Positions 1-13,975 of a stretch of 64,000 nucleotides of DNA are shown piece by piece. The DNA is taken from assembly GCF_964355755.1 (NCBI RefSeq), contig NC_092675.1, positions 17,456,912 to 17,520,911 on the forward strand, written 5' to 3'. This DNA comes from Antedon mediterranea (Eukaryota; Animalia; Echinodermata). The stretch's first letter is position 1, and every line of letters begins with the position of its first letter. Both the position numbers and the translations under genes were made by a program. The notes below the pieces were generated by a model. The model made no database searches, was not told the origin of the DNA, and was given only the letters and a program-made list of their open reading frames with translations.

Positions 1-289
1 AAAATTTGTATCAAAGTGTATATGAGGCATATGGCATCACAAAATCGGCGTAGTGTTGGTTGATGTTAAAGAACCCAGGCTGGGTTCTTTAAAGTGAACA
101 TGAGCCAGATGTGTACACTAGACCTTTAAGTCCTTATCTTATGGTTTGCGACGCCCTGCCTTAACAACTCGACTTTATGGGCCCAATCGTATTAATCATT
201 GATCGTACATGGGACGCACGTGACTGACTGTGCATCCTGTGTAGCATGCCGTGGTTGATGTGCTTTTATTTTATTCTTATGTTACCAAC

Positions 290-672
290 ATCAAACTCCG
301 GAGTTGAGTTTTTAGGTCAAACGGTCATCCTCACACGATCACTCATTGCTTTAGTTTTATTTCAAAATACTTTAAATATTTGTAAAAAATATATAGCGGG
401 TCTAAAAAATAATAAGTAGTATCAATAAAACATTATAATATATACAGTAATACTTATTAAATTAAAAATATTATCAATTAAAATTATTCTAATGATCGTC
501 GCTATGTAAACAAACAAAATAGAGGGCGATATTTACAATTTTATTTTATAAACCCCAGTGTTGCTAGGTTGGTGTGAAAGGGGTATCTCCGGAGTTTCTA
601 GATGTTTTGAATGGTCATAAACCATGTGGTGTCTCCGGAGATCACTCTGGAGTTTTGATGTGAAAGGGGTAT
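290..672. mobile_element. MITE remnant with GTGTGAAAGGGGTA-like ends and CTCCGGAG subterminal repeats
   Basis: TGTGAAAGGGGTAT occurs twice (about 574 and 659) with several CTCCGGAG palindromes; the partner end is not clearly seen. Confidence 0.35.
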
Positions 673-814
673 AATTGTTGTATAAACTTTAAATGTGAAA
701 GTACGCCTGTACATTATGCACTCAAAACGCTTCTATAACATGGGTTCATATTCTATTGGATATAGATCTCTAGTTGTATATTATTATTATAACTAACAAA
801 AATGAATAACTCAC

Positions 815-3800
815 CTTATCATAGTAGACAATGGAAAATTCTTTGTTATTGTAGTGCACTTTTGAAAATTCAATCATTAAATACATGAAATTTGAATTTC
901 TTTTTTCTCTCTGTTGTTCAAATAAAAAAAATACATCAAATATTAAAACAAATGGGTAATGTAGGTACAATTCAGAGGTTCCAAGTTGAAAAAACAAAAT
1001 TCCGGGTAAACAATAGATAAGAGGGTAAGCTAATATTAAGCTATACAAAACATTTCAGGCATAAATCATCTGGGATATGCAATACCAAATTGACTAGGCC
1101 TACCTACCTGCCTATGTTCAGTAATAAACAATGGGTAATGCCTGACATCTATTTCAAGCTTGGTACTGGTATAGCCTAGGCACCTAGGCCTACGATAATT
1201 TTGTTAATAAAGTAGATAAAGAGACCTATTGGTAATCTTAGGGGGTCTTAGCTTTCGTGACACCCGAGTGCTTGGCTTGGCAGTTGATAGATGGCTGTTA
1301 ATTCGTGAAATAAAGGCATAAGAAATGCTTTTGTTTAAATACTGGGAATCATTATAAACAGTGTGTTAATTGTGAAATAAAAATGCTTAATTTCAGTTAT
1401 CTTAGATTACAAATCTCTAGGCTAGGCTAAGCTAGTCTTGTGGCTTTCTTCTCCGCTCCACACCTCTCGCAAGTCACTCCCTCGATCCTCACGATATATA
1501 TAATTGTAATATGAATTAAGAAGATTGTTTTGCATGGTTATTGAAAAAGATACATGGATCAAAACAGGAATGTTTAACTGTAGGCCTAGACCAGAAAGAC
1601 ATGGTTATGCGTTTGAACCAGCTACAGTAGGTCGACAATGGAGATTGGCCTCACTTGATTGGTGTCATGCTGTTTAATGGGCTTCATTCCATCGGTATTA
1701 TGAGACGAGAATGGTATACGTGTCTCGCCAGTTCATTATGAGAGCATGCAGCAAGAAGAGACGCGACGTAACATGATCTTAATAAATAAGGTCCTCAGAC
1801 TGAGGAGAAACCACCTAACTGCTAATAAAAGGGTTTAATCTGTTGTGCATTTTTCAATTAGAGGACAGAAATAAATAAACAAATTGAATAAACTTACCTC
1901 ATTGATCATTTCAATTTCTCTAAATGTCAGACGATCAAGCCAGTCAACTTTGACCATATGACCTTTATGGTGTTTCTTCACAAGCTTTGCTAGACGAGCC
2001 ATTTCATCTTCGCTACCTACAGTCTTGCCAGGGGTTGTGGTATATGTCTTGCCATCTGCTAAAACTCCCGGCCAAACTTTCATGTCATGCATTCCTTGAC
2101 GAAACGTCCTGAATGTTTTTTTCAATAAAAAATATATACATGACTAGATTATTATACTGGTAACACTTCACATTTACCACAAGATTCTTTCAAAATTTTA
2201 TGTGCAAACAAATAATTCAGGTTCATTACTAGAATTTGCTTGTCATGTCCTTAAACTGCAACAAATTAAACATATTTTGATTATTGATTATAAAGAATAA
2301 CATTTTGTTTATCTAAAGTCCTAATACATTGCTATTTGAGTTTTTTTGTAAAGGAGGTTTAAAACTAGACTAATCAATGTCATGTTGTTTTCTGCCAAAA
2401 ATCTAAAATGGATTATGAAAAACTTAGGTTATCTTATAGATGCTAAATTATAAAACAAATTAAAACACAATAAAATGTCTGAAATATTATTATGTATTTA
2501 AAAGTAGCATTAAAGCACAAATGTTAAATTATAAGATATATTAAATTATTAAATTTTTGTTACAAGGGGTAAACAATCTTAGTGTTACAGGCGGAGATTT
2601 AGGCTAACAGTTAATAGCTTTATCCAGAAAAAAAATGTCAAGGTCAGGGTGTCCTTCTATACGCACGTTCTCGATCCAGATACTAACACTAACTGATGTC
2701 ATTTTACCGGAAGACACTTATTTTGTTGACCCGGAAGTGAAATAGTACATGTACTAATACCATACTCTACGTTATCCTAACAAATCGCAAAACTGCCAAA
2801 AATTAAATTCCATTCAAAAAAAAACCATTTGTCCGCCTAGTCCTAGCTCTGAATAAAGATTTCCGTAAACCACAACATCGCCGCCTCAATCAATGAAATG
2901 CAATGTAGGCCTAGATAGAGATATTGTGAGCTGATTTTATATGAAAGTCCCAATTCTTTCCTATTCATTACTGTGTAATTTTTATTTGCAAGTCAAATTT
3001 CAGACCTCTTTTTGGGGTCCGAATACACACATTCTTTAGTGATTTATATCGTATAAGTCGAAGTCACAAATCATGCGGCAACAATACGCTAAAAAACCCG
3101 ATGAAACGTACGTAATTTGATAAACAAATGACAGAGGTGATAATGTGGGACCATATCGGTTCTCTCAAGCAGGTTGTATAGCATACATATAATTATTGTA
3201 CAGTACTCTGCGAGTTGTTTTTGGGTGCGCTTTGTTGAGTACCAATTTGTGCTAGACAAGACAGATGGCAATAAACAATGGATAGTACCGATTTCAAATA
3301 AAAACGGAAATGTATTTGTTTTAATGTAGTCTGGGTTCCAGACGGAGTTTTGTCTTAATATTAGTAAATAGATAAATATTTTGGCACATATGGCGTTTCA
3401 TACGTATACTACTTGATTTTGGATACACCGTCTGGGGAAACACGCACAAGTCACGTGGTTTGACACCAAGAATTCTTGGTGCATACGATTATCCGGTTGA
3501 CTAGTTTCAGCTGCATGCGATTGGCTACTCACTCGTACACCGTTTTAATATTCATATTTCAGAATTTCAAAGACTCAACAACTAAGATGATGCGCATGCG
3601 CTATGTTACGTTTAGACAATGTGTACTTGGGTACATTTATGAAAGTTTCTGAAGGCTAGAAATGATTCTATATGCCTAGTAGTCTGGTAAACATTTGATG
3701 GGATTTTTCCCAAGAACATGAAAACTCGTGATATGATAGGCTAGCTTCTCCGCAAATCAAACATTGAATGGATCATTTTATTACGCGGAGATAATTTTGA

Positions 3801-6800
3801 TTTAATTCCCACCCAGACCCTGTCCTGTTCTGTGTGGTGTTGTAGCCCTGTTGTTGTGTGCCGCCGGTAGTGGTATGTAGGCCTACTTTATTGGCGTTTT
3901 ATTTGGCAGGTCATACGTGCGAATTGAGTAGGACCTACGAAAGAGGCCTAGGCCAAGGACTAAACAATTAATAAACAAAACAACTTGGCATTACGATTTT
4001 ATATTTCAACAGTCTCGATCGTACATTCAGCACTGTACGTACTCGATCTTTTTCATTTTGAAACAAAATGATCATTGGTTGATTCGAAATCTATATTTAC
4101 ATACCGCCCGCCCCATATAGCCAAATACGGTATGATAAACTACGTCATTCTTATCGGATGTTTGCGGTCTGCAAATCGATTTCTATACGTGCTTCACAAG
4201 TCTGTATTTTCAGACAAAAATCGCGGTCGAAATAAAAACAAATAAATTAAAAAAAAGATAATACAGACTTGGGGCAAGTCTAGTTTTAATGTTATACATT
4301 TTCTTATTATTGTTTTTTTTGCCATTGCCGATAAAAAAAGGCTTAGCATTTATTAGGCCTAGCTAGCTAAGCAACAAACTCAATTCAAGAAGGCTCGTCG
4401 TGTGGGCCGCGATCTCGATGCGATATGTATACGCAAAGTAGGCCTACGCCCCTAGTATTCATGGGTCTGACCACTCATACTTGGTGAAAAGAGTGTGGCA
4501 CATTTGGAAATGATAAATTTGGTCTGTGCCATTGGTTTAAGTAATGTCTCAATGTCATGAAAATCTATTATATTATACATTAGCACAATTCTAATTTGTA
4601 TTTACCCATTCTTTCCAAATAGAGAGACAGTTGTTCCTCCAACTGGTATGGCCTTTCTTGCACTATAAACATCCCAAATTGTGAAACAGGCCTAAAAAAT
4701 ATGTAAATAATATTATCAATAACATTAATGAATGAATGCGCTGCTTGCACAGCAACATACTGCAAAGTGAAAGTCATGATCAAGCTACAGTAATGTAATA
4801 TAATTTACAATTAATAATTTATTAATACAACCATTATTTATAGTCCTGAGGCAGAAGAGTGGAATTGATTTATTTCAGTCTTTGTTGTGAAGACACCTTT
4901 AGTACTGATATCACTGGTGGATCACATAAACAAAATCAGACGTACAAAAGTAAAAATATAAACAAAGAAAAAAGTAAACAAAAAAATGGATAATCACTAC
5001 ATAAAAGGGACAAATTGGCATTTAACTTTTCTACACCAGAATTTTTTGTAGATTACAAACAAATGTATTATAACAAATTTATTGAAGCACAATTTGGTCT
5101 TTCAATACATTCGTATGGTTATCGGTGTGTCATGTGAGCATGCGCTCTGCCATATTTACATTTATTTAATATAATAATACATGACTGATAATGATAATAT
5201 TGTAGTTTAATTTAATCCGTTTGTATTTTGTAATTTATATTTTCTCTAGTATATAATTTTCGATAATCATGAGTCTGGAATAAAGTATTAAATAATTTTT
5301 TGAATGAATTATTAATTAGATTTTATAGTAATCATTAATTAGTAATAGCTATAACCATTTAATTATACTGCCTAAAAAATGGCGATGATACTACGCGGCA
5401 AAAATCCTTTGTATCTACCGCGCATGCTCGCTCTGGCTAACTTCTGTGTACGAAGGTACAATTGTTTTATACTTCCTTCTTTAAAACGGAGGTGATTTCC
5501 CACAATGTTTGTGTACGTCACACACTGTGTGTTTGGCGTCCTTTCTGTGATTGGATAAGGCAGCATGCAATAAATGGACAAATTTCCAATCACAACGAGT
5601 GTAAAATGTTTAGCGGCTTTGCACACTTGAATGAATCTGACTCTGTGGCGGTGACGTATGGAAACTCCTTGGTGGGTTGGGCTTCCGTAGAGAGACTGAT
5701 TAAATTAAAACGGTGTTTGAAATACGGAAAACACACTGAACTTCAATTTCAAACAACTCGCACAAGCTGACGATTTTGTCGAACTATGCGCGACCTATTC
5801 TAATTATTTAATCGCAACAAAAAAAATTAGGTCGCAAATGCGACTAAATACCCCTTAATTTGCAGCCCCGAAATTCATTCAATAATATTTAATATGCATA
5901 TATACAGTAGGTCTGGGATAGTTAGCAAGTGGGCACTACCCCCACGTTTACGTACAATAATACATGTTTTACTTTGTGAAAAAAAAAAAAAGATAATTAA
6001 CGAGCTTTCCGAGAGCACGTTAACCAGAACTAACGCAATAAGCAAGATCACATTCCTGCAGGTTCATATGAGACATCATGATAAAGAAACTCACGATAAT
6101 TTCTGAATGTGAACCTGCTATTGTTCTGTGTATGCATGCCCTGTTTAGGCTTAGCGAGATGTTATAAGTGATAATAGTTGTTATTATTATTGTGTTTAGG
6201 ATATGAAGTTATTCATGTACAGTATATGTTGCTGACCTGAGAATTTAACCGTTTACTGTATGTACTGACTAATCATGTGACATCAATAAAACAAAATGTC
6301 ACATGTGTGATTGGTTTGATTTCGGGTAGGCGGGGATCTAAATAAAAAAATTGGGGGAAAATCGGAAAAACCCGCAAATTTCGGGGAAATTGGGACCTCT
6401 GCATTTGCTGACCTGTATGTTGTCATCTGACCTTTCTTTACAAGATACATTGATTTAAATAAAGATAATTGATTTTCCTGATTTATTTATAATACTGTAT
6501 AGGAAAGACAGGATCTCGGTAACATCATTTTTCTGTGCGCAATATTCTAACGTATGACTTGCATGTGGCGTTTACACGGCAGCTAACCTAACTTGTCCAT
6601 AGTGACAAGTTCAAATCTAGTTTTTATTTGGTTTTATAGGTACGTTCTATGATTGGTCAATATTGATATTTGACTCTTAATTGCAAGAATTTTTTTTCCA
6701 TAAGGTGACTGAATAATCATAAAAATGTAATAAAAGACGAAAGTGTGCTTCAATAAATTGGTTATAATCTGTATATAGTACATTGATCAATTTGACCTTA

Positions 6801-9800
6801 TCATAAAAACAACAAAAAACATAATATTCATATCCTAATTTCAGATTACCAGATTCGTAATCTACGGAAAATTCTGGTCTAAAAAATAGGATGGCAATTT
6901 TTTTCCCCCCGTAGGGTGGTGATACAATATATTGGAAGAAAAAAAAAATTAATTTCACGTACCTGGGCATTGCGTGGTAAGTCACTATACATCAATGGCA
7001 AAGTTATCCATTCATTCCAACTAATAAAATGAATACAAACTCAATGTAGTCAGGGAGTTATGGTTATTAACATACCGTAAAACCTCGAAAAGAAGCCCAT
7101 GGGCTTCTTCTTTTTTTAGTGCTCTTGGGTGGGCTTCTTTTCGAGATGGGCTTCTTTTCGAGATGGGCTTCTTTTCGAGATGGGCTTCTTTTCGAGATGA
7201 GCTTCTTTTCGAGAGTACTTTTGCAAACTGTAGAGGGGCGCTTCTTTTCGAAATGAATGCTCATAAATTTTGTGAATTTCTACTACAATAATATTTCTTT
7301 TGAGACATTTTTGAAATTTTGTTTAATATGCCAATTAAAAAACAATATAAAAAGCAAAAAAAAACAGTCCTATGATTCACCATCAAATACAATCATTTCG
7401 TTATCATCGTTGTCATCATCCACATTGGAATATTCAAGAGTGTCGTCTGTCGATGATGGCATCACATATCCAACCAAGCCTTCGACGTTTACTTCTTTGT
7501 TTTCAGAGAACCATCAAGGGCTAATTTATCCCACACTTTCTGAACGACCGAATTTGCAGCGATGGATTTGTGTTCATCATGGACCAGGCATTGCCAACCC
7601 ACTTTGTTATAAGAATTCGCCTATCGCTTGCGCATATCTTACCCATCACATAATCATCGAGGTTATCACACATCACAAGTATTGGCATTGAATTATCCTA
7701 CTACAGTAACTCTGTTTGTATTGTTTGTTTCTTTTCCATTGACATTCAGTTAATGAACCTACATTCTTAATACAGTATAGTAGTCTATCTCGAAAAGAAG
7801 CCCATACTATCTTGAAAAGAAGCCCATACTACTGTATCTTGAAAAGAAGCCCAGGGGGCCTCATTTCGAGATGGGCTTCTTTTCGAGAGTACTTTTGCAA
7901 ACGGTAGAGGGGGGGGGCTTCTTTTCGAGATGGGCTTCTTTTCGAGGTTTAAGCCCATGGGCTTCTTTTCGAGGTTTAAGCCCATGGGCTTCTTTTCGAG
8001 ATTTTACGGTAGGGAGAATAATTCATAATTTGTATTTATGTAGCATAAAATTATAGTCAGGTGTCTGCAACACATTTTGAGAAAATTGTTACATGGTGGA
8101 CAACAGCGCCAAATTGACATGGAGCTTTGTTGAGACAAAACACAAAATTGGCCTTAAACGACTCTCTCTACACATCGATAAACACGTAGTACGCATTGGG
8201 CCGTCCAGGCTAGGCTCAGCTTCGCACAAACCACCTGTCATCAATGTGATTTGTTTAGCTACAGTATTTCAATCACCATATAAAAAAAAATTGAATATCT
8301 AGTAACTTTATAATTTAATCACTGGCTTTTCAACACTATAAAAACCGTATAAAATCTAATAAAAAAAAATAAGAGCAAATTCAATGATTACCTGACATGA
8401 TTACAACTACCACCATGTTTTAAAAACCAAGTCACATGCTTTTTCAACCCTTCCTTCAGGCTTTCAATTCGTTAAAAGAGTTTAACCTTTTTAAAATTTT
8501 TAATTCGCATCGCTTCTGGGTGGTTTTATCATGTTTTGGTAAATCATAGAAACCACAAATGACCGCAAGACGGCTCACTACTTTTAATCCAGTCTAAATG
8601 AATGTGTGTACTCTATACAACACATAAATAGCCACAATTTATACTATTTTTAAATAGCTTTAAAAAGCCTATAATTCATCAGGTCATAGAATGACGGCAT
8701 GCACCAACCTTTTGCACTCATATTTTAATGTACCTGCAGTGCCGATTTTCTTCTGAAAATCAGGAAATTTATCTTTTATCGCAAAGATCACCTATAATTC
8801 GTCAAAGCTAGTAAGTTTATCTTAATGTTTTAATCTTTTTTTATTAACTCATTTAAATATTGTAATACAATCACAATTTATTGATTGCAATACAAAATTG
8901 TGAACTTTGACCTTGTATAAATAGAATTTATGATAATTTTGAGGCTTAAATGAAAAAATACTTGGATAACACATTTGATTGTTTGCATGTTTCATGTTAA
9001 TAACTCGCAAATGGACATATGCCAGTTATTAATATTAATTATTATCTGGAGCTTGTCTTCTGTATACAGTATAATTATTATCGGGATAATGATACCCTAG
9101 GACTTTGCCCAGGGATATGCCTCCCTTATGTGAATTTGAATATAAATATGTGGGTGGGATCATACCCAAGGTAAGACTATATGAGGAACTAGTACAATAT
9201 TAGAGAAAAACTTCTTTAAAAAAAGCATGGATGAGAGATTAACTTACTTCCATCTAGTTACAAAAGCCCTGTAAGATGTACTTGTGGGTAAGGCAAGTGG
9301 TTTTCCATCGGCAAACACTTGGCAAGTAACATACAGGTCAGAACAACCTTCTTCATAAGCACCTGAGAATTGTAACTGCGGATCTTCTATCAATGATTTG
9401 TAGTTTAGGTTCTCTCGTTTACCTTCCAATGTACCTCTGCAAAAATAAACACATTTTATTTTGTATTATAGAGTGATCTGTGCTCGTATATATTTATGTT
9501 GTGCAAGTGACGAGACTTTCAAAGTGGCAGTCCACATTCTATTTCTGATTTGTTTTGTTGCTTTATTATTTAATCATTGTGCATAACATTAACATTGCAT
9601 TATTCCTTTTCGTGAAATGCTTACTTGAAGTAGAAGACGGCTGACAAAATGAATGAAATCTACTACAGAAGGTGTGATTATGAAATATGGGACTGCTGAC
9701 TCTTGAAGATATGCTTACTGACCAATTTTCCCCTATTTTAGTTTATTTTACATAATGGTTTGTAGGTCAAATAAATAAATGAAATTAAAAGAATTACAGT

Positions 9801-12800
9801 ACTTCGTTCAGCCCTGAGCTACATATTGTTAATGTAAACACAATAAACAAGAAGCTTATAACAACTTAATTGTTTAGTAATGTTGTCTCTAGAAACGCTA
9901 ATGTTTCCTAGTTTTAAGAATGTATAGCATATATCAGGCCCGTATCCAGGGGGGGTGCGTTGGGTGCAGACGCACCCCCCCCCCCCCAAGTCCCAAAAGG
10001 TCCACTATTTCCTCGGTTGGTATTTTTTCTTGTCTTGTTTAACTAAAGACAATATCATTATATATATACAAAATTTACATTATCAATGGTATACAAACAA
10101 AAATATGTTAATATAAAATGAAAAAATACCGGTAATTAAATTACGGAATCTGAACTGACTACAAACTCGATGTAAAACATGCGCAGTCGATCATGTGACG
10201 ACAAGCAATAGCTAAAATTAGCGCTTCATGTACGCGGTACGCGGTAAAGTGTTTGCTGGAAATACAGACAACTTAACCGGCGGTGGTAAAGACGTGTCTG
10301 GAAATACAGACACTATCGAATACGGCGCCTAAACAAGGGAAGGAAGGCCAACTCAGACAGCGTCGTACGACGCTGTCTGAGTTGGCCTTTAAACATCATG
10401 AAAGCGTTAAGTTCTGGTGTTCATCGTTCAACTAGCCCAAGCCACAACAAAGAGTCTTAAATCAATCTTTAGAACGTCAAATAACGCAAATTTTGCCGGG
10501 GCCTTCGGCGCCTGAACCCTGGCCGGGGGCCCTTGGCGGCCCCCTGGCCCCCAGCCATTGTTGCTCGCTTCGCTCGCACCCCCCCATTATAAAATACGGG
10601 CCTGTATATAAATTTACTTTTTTTATTCACCTATGAAAGACCTCTTCAAATACAAGGAAAATAAGAAATGCAACAACAACAGAATTTATTAAAATGTAAT
10701 GTACAGTAATATAATTATAATAAAAACATGATATGAAGCATCTTCTATCTAATTACAAGAATTTATTTTACTTCTGCTGCTGACACTGAATACACTATTT
10801 CATGTCTTATTTTTGTTTATCTTTTTTGTGTAAATCTACTACATAAAAACAATTAAAAGTATAACATTATATAATGATGCAACTATTCATTTATTTATTT
10901 CAACAATATTTTACGAGGGTGGTCCATCAAGCTGAATTGAGCATTATGGACCCTCACAAAAAACAATTTGATAAAGACAACATAATTTTAAAATTAAATT
11001 AAAAAATAAAAATTTCTAAAATTAATAATTACACACCAACATATTTCTTTATCAAAAATCTTTAATTTGTTTCACGAGAAACAACATGTAAAAAAAAATG
11101 GTTTATAGCCATTATAATATGACCATAACAGCGTCCTCTATAGATCGCCAACATTCTTGATGTCCTGTGAGGCCTCCGTACTTTTATCGGCAGGCCTACC
11201 GATGATTTTCGCGAAGCTAAACTGGCGATGGATTTCTGAAGAGTGCTCAATTAATAATTGATTAAAAATATAAACAAAAAATGATCATTATCTTGTTGAT
11301 TAAAAGGCGACTTACAATTTCTGAAACCAATCGGAGCTATGCCTTCTGGCAGCTGTTTCCTCACAGCTGCTACGTCACTATTTCTGCTGACCGGGGATTC
11401 CCCTTTTTAAAAAACATGCATAACTGTACGATGGTTTTTCCATGGTCAAAATGTAGCGTCTAATTTTAACTAAAATACCTGCATGTAAAACGATCATATT
11501 GGCGATGAGATCCTTTTTTTTTTTGAGTATTTTTTATTTCTTCATTATGAAAAGTCATATAATATTTAATAATATTAAATATTAACAATAGACATATACT
11601 TGTCATCAATAAATGCAAATGATCAATAAGTAGCCCATAACACTCTCTACTGTTGAAGAAAGATTCTTAATTGTGGCTTTGCTAACTAATTTTGAAATCA
11701 TATTAAATTAACATTTTCGAAACTTTAAATCAGTGGTAATCTTTTTAGAAACTTTCAAAACAAGGAACTATTTTTTTAAATGATTTTCAAGAAGCACATT
11801 AGTCATTACTCCATTAAAACCTGTAAAATGAAAACTAAATGAACAAGGTGGTCGATATCAAACGCAACCGATATGATTAAAACAGCATACTAGCTGTGGA
11901 CGACTTTGCGGTGGGACTACTTTGCGGTGTGGCGACTTTGCGGTGGGGCGACTTTGCGGTGGGTCGACCCTGCGGTGGGGCGACTTTGCGGTGGGGCGAC
12001 TTGACTCGATCCAAAGTCGCCCACTACAAAGTCGCCCCATCGCAAAGTCGCCCCATCGCAAAGTCGGCCCATCGCAAAGTCGCCCCAACGCAAAGTCGCA
12101 TGTTTTTTTAAAAGGGGACTCCCCGACGGTCAGCAGAAAGACGTTTGAGGAAACAGATACCAGAAGGCGCAGCTCCGATTGGTTTCAGATTGCGAGTCCC
12201 CTTTTATTCAACAGCACAATGATCATTTTACTGAAGAAATTCTTTTCAACCCTTGGTTATAGAACATTCTAATTATCATGCCTTTAAATGTTTATGTGTT
12301 TATTTAATTTTAAATTAAACAAGACAGTGAAGAGGCACGGAATAATACGTACACGGACGTACGACGAATACACACACGCACGCCGTCATCATTTACAACA
12401 TAAGTGGTGATATGATGCAATTTTATAATGGATATAATGATGGGATTGCCTTTCCAGGCTTATAATCAATGTTAATTGTAATACTAATAGTAAACTGAAT
12501 GTTTATAAATAATTTGTTTTATGTAATTTGTTGCATATAAAATAAAAGACACAGTACAGATGTACGTTCCCTATAAAATATTTCACATTTAAATAATTAC
12601 AGTATGTACTGTTAAATGACATTATGCCGAATAATACTATAATCTTAAACTATGTTTACAATTGTCATTTTTTAAGGCACACATTTTTCTTATCATAAAC
12701 CTGTAAAATAAAAAAAAATCAATTATTAATATAGCCCTAATAATATACAAATAATGAATGTTTATGAGTGCAATGGTACAAATAATGGCACGAGGTGAAT

Positions 12801-13838
12801 GATGAAAGGTTATATCAACGAGGCAAAGCCGAGTTGATATAACCTTTCATCATTCACCAAGTGCCATTATTTGTACCATTACACGAATACAAAACATTCA
12901 TTGTTTGTTTTATATAACATCTAGACGTTTTTTTTTCGTACACAAAAATTTTTCAAAAAGTACTATTTAACGATCGTTGAATAGTGCGTACTATTGCACG
13001 CCATGTGACCCACATTCGTCCAATCAAATGACAGGAATTTATATAGGTGTTATATAATAATAAATATTCATCGATCAAAGTAAAAATAATCTAGATCGTA
13101 ACATCATTTTATCGCGACCAAAATTAAACGCGACCGATTTCAAACGGGACTGATATAACATTGTAAAACTCCGGCGGGGTTTCCCCATCTTCAGATGGTG
13201 CGTTGCGACAACAGCGGAGTAATTACGGGGGTTTCCCTCTGGTGAGCTAGCACGTTAGTGCGACCGCGGAGTGATTAGTCGGGGCTTCCTCTCTGATGAT
13301 GGGGGAGTGTGCGATCGTGTGACCTGATCTGAGACTACATGGCGGGGCTTCCCATTTTATGCCTACACGTTCCGTGTTTTGTGTATCATTGCGATATTTT
13401 ATGCACTTGTAAACTATTTTAACGTTTTGGGGCGACTTTGCGATGGGGCGACTTTGCGATGGGGCGACTTTGTGTTGGGGTGACTTTGCGATGGGGCGAC
13501 TTTGCATTGGGGCGACTTTGCGATGGGGCGACTTTGCGAAGGGGCGACCGTGTCGGGGCGACTTTGCTATGGGGCGACTGTGTAAGGGGCGACTTTGCGA
13601 TGGGGCGACTTGACTAGCATCCCACTTTACCTACCCTACTAGGATAGATAGGCCTAGCCTAGATAGAAGAAGTAGCTAGCCTAGCTAGCTAGGCCTAGGC
13701 CTAGCCTAGGCTATATTTTATACATAATTAAACAATAATAATGCAATAACAGTATATTGGACCTTACATCTTCAACTGAATGTTTAGGCTGACATCACAA
13801 CTATAAACATAGAAAAATCTGTCTACTCCATCGATCAT
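815..13838 (-). CDS. PIK3C3: Phosphatidylinositol 3-kinase catalytic subunit type 3 (Vps34), N-terminal C2 region; first 6 coding exons, gene continues past the left edge
   Basis: GT-AG exons with compatible phases: 13838-13768 ([24 protein letters not shown]), 9436-9248 ([39 protein letters not shown]), 7020-6963 ([19 protein letters not shown]), 4691-4606 ([29 protein letters not shown]), 2108-1898 ([35 protein letters not shown]), 910-815 ([21 protein letters not shown]). The peptides match the well-known Vps34 N-terminus. Confidence 0.97.
3328..4283. repeat. Dispersed ~950-bp repeat in a PIK3C3 intron; inverted copy at about 15970-16286 plus 18539-19189
   Basis: Long direct reverse-complement match (e.g. 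TAGTCTGGGTTCCAGACGGAG vs CTCCGTCTGGAGCCCAGACTA; GACTTGGGGCAAGTCTAG vs CTAGACTTGCCCCAAGTC). Confidence 0.9.
7075..8009. mobile_element. Non-autonomous Tc1/mariner(pogo)-type MITE with tandem 17-bp subterminal repeats
   Basis: TA|CCGTAAAACCTCGAAAAGAAGCCCATGGGCTT ... AAGCCCATGGGCTTCTTTTCGAGATTTTACGG|TA; many GGGCTTCTTTTCGAGAT units near both ends. Confidence 0.8.
9935..10604. mobile_element. MITE with CAGGCCCGTAT terminal inverted repeats
   Basis: CAGGCCCGTAT at 9935 and ATACGGGCCTG ending 10604, with G/C-run subterminal motifs. Confidence 0.7.
10344..10389. repeat. Perfect 46-bp palindrome
   Basis: AAGGCCAACTCAGACAGCGTCGT|ACGACGCTGTCTGAGTTGGCCTT, with no loop and no mismatch. Confidence 0.95.
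11280..13622. mobile_element. Composite of TIR-element remnants with tandem 16-bp GGGGCGACTTTGCG(A/G)T arrays
   Basis: Arrays at about 11900-12010 (direct), 12013-12100 (inverted) and 13428-13612. An internal module at 11280-11420 recurs inverted at 12100-12230 and is related to about 24110-24260. Confidence 0.7.
12727..13057. mobile_element. Non-autonomous hairpin repeat (~85-bp-arm stem-loop); inverted copy at about 55800-56101, partial copies at about 55300-55420 and 56880-57010
   Basis: GGTGAATGATGAAAGGTTATATCAAC-GAGGCAAAGCCGA-GTTGATATAACCTTTCATCATTCACC hairpin; near-identical reverse-complement copy in a PIGB intron. Confidence 0.85.
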
Positions 13839-13849
13839 CTTTGTTTTGG

Positions 13850-13975
13850 TGGTAGACTAGGCCTAGGCTAGTCCTCCTCTCTTCAATTTGCATTCAAAAC
13901 ACAGTATCGGAAGTACAGGGTAAAAGGTCAAACTGGGCGACGCCATTTCACAGCATGAAGCAGCGCCCTCTCCAA
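13850..13975 (-). promoter_or_regulatory. Probable PIK3C3 promoter/5'UTR region
   Basis: Lies immediately upstream of ATG 13838; ETS-like CGGAAGT (about 13908), YY1-like CGCCATTT (about 13941), and CTAGGCCTAG-rich tracts on both sides of exon 1. Motif-only evidence. Confidence 0.45.

Noticed and set aside
11858-12272. Short ORFs in the GGGGCGACTTTGCG arrays (also 13247-13507, 7067-7264, 7785-8056)
   Set aside because: Products of TE subterminal tandem repeats.
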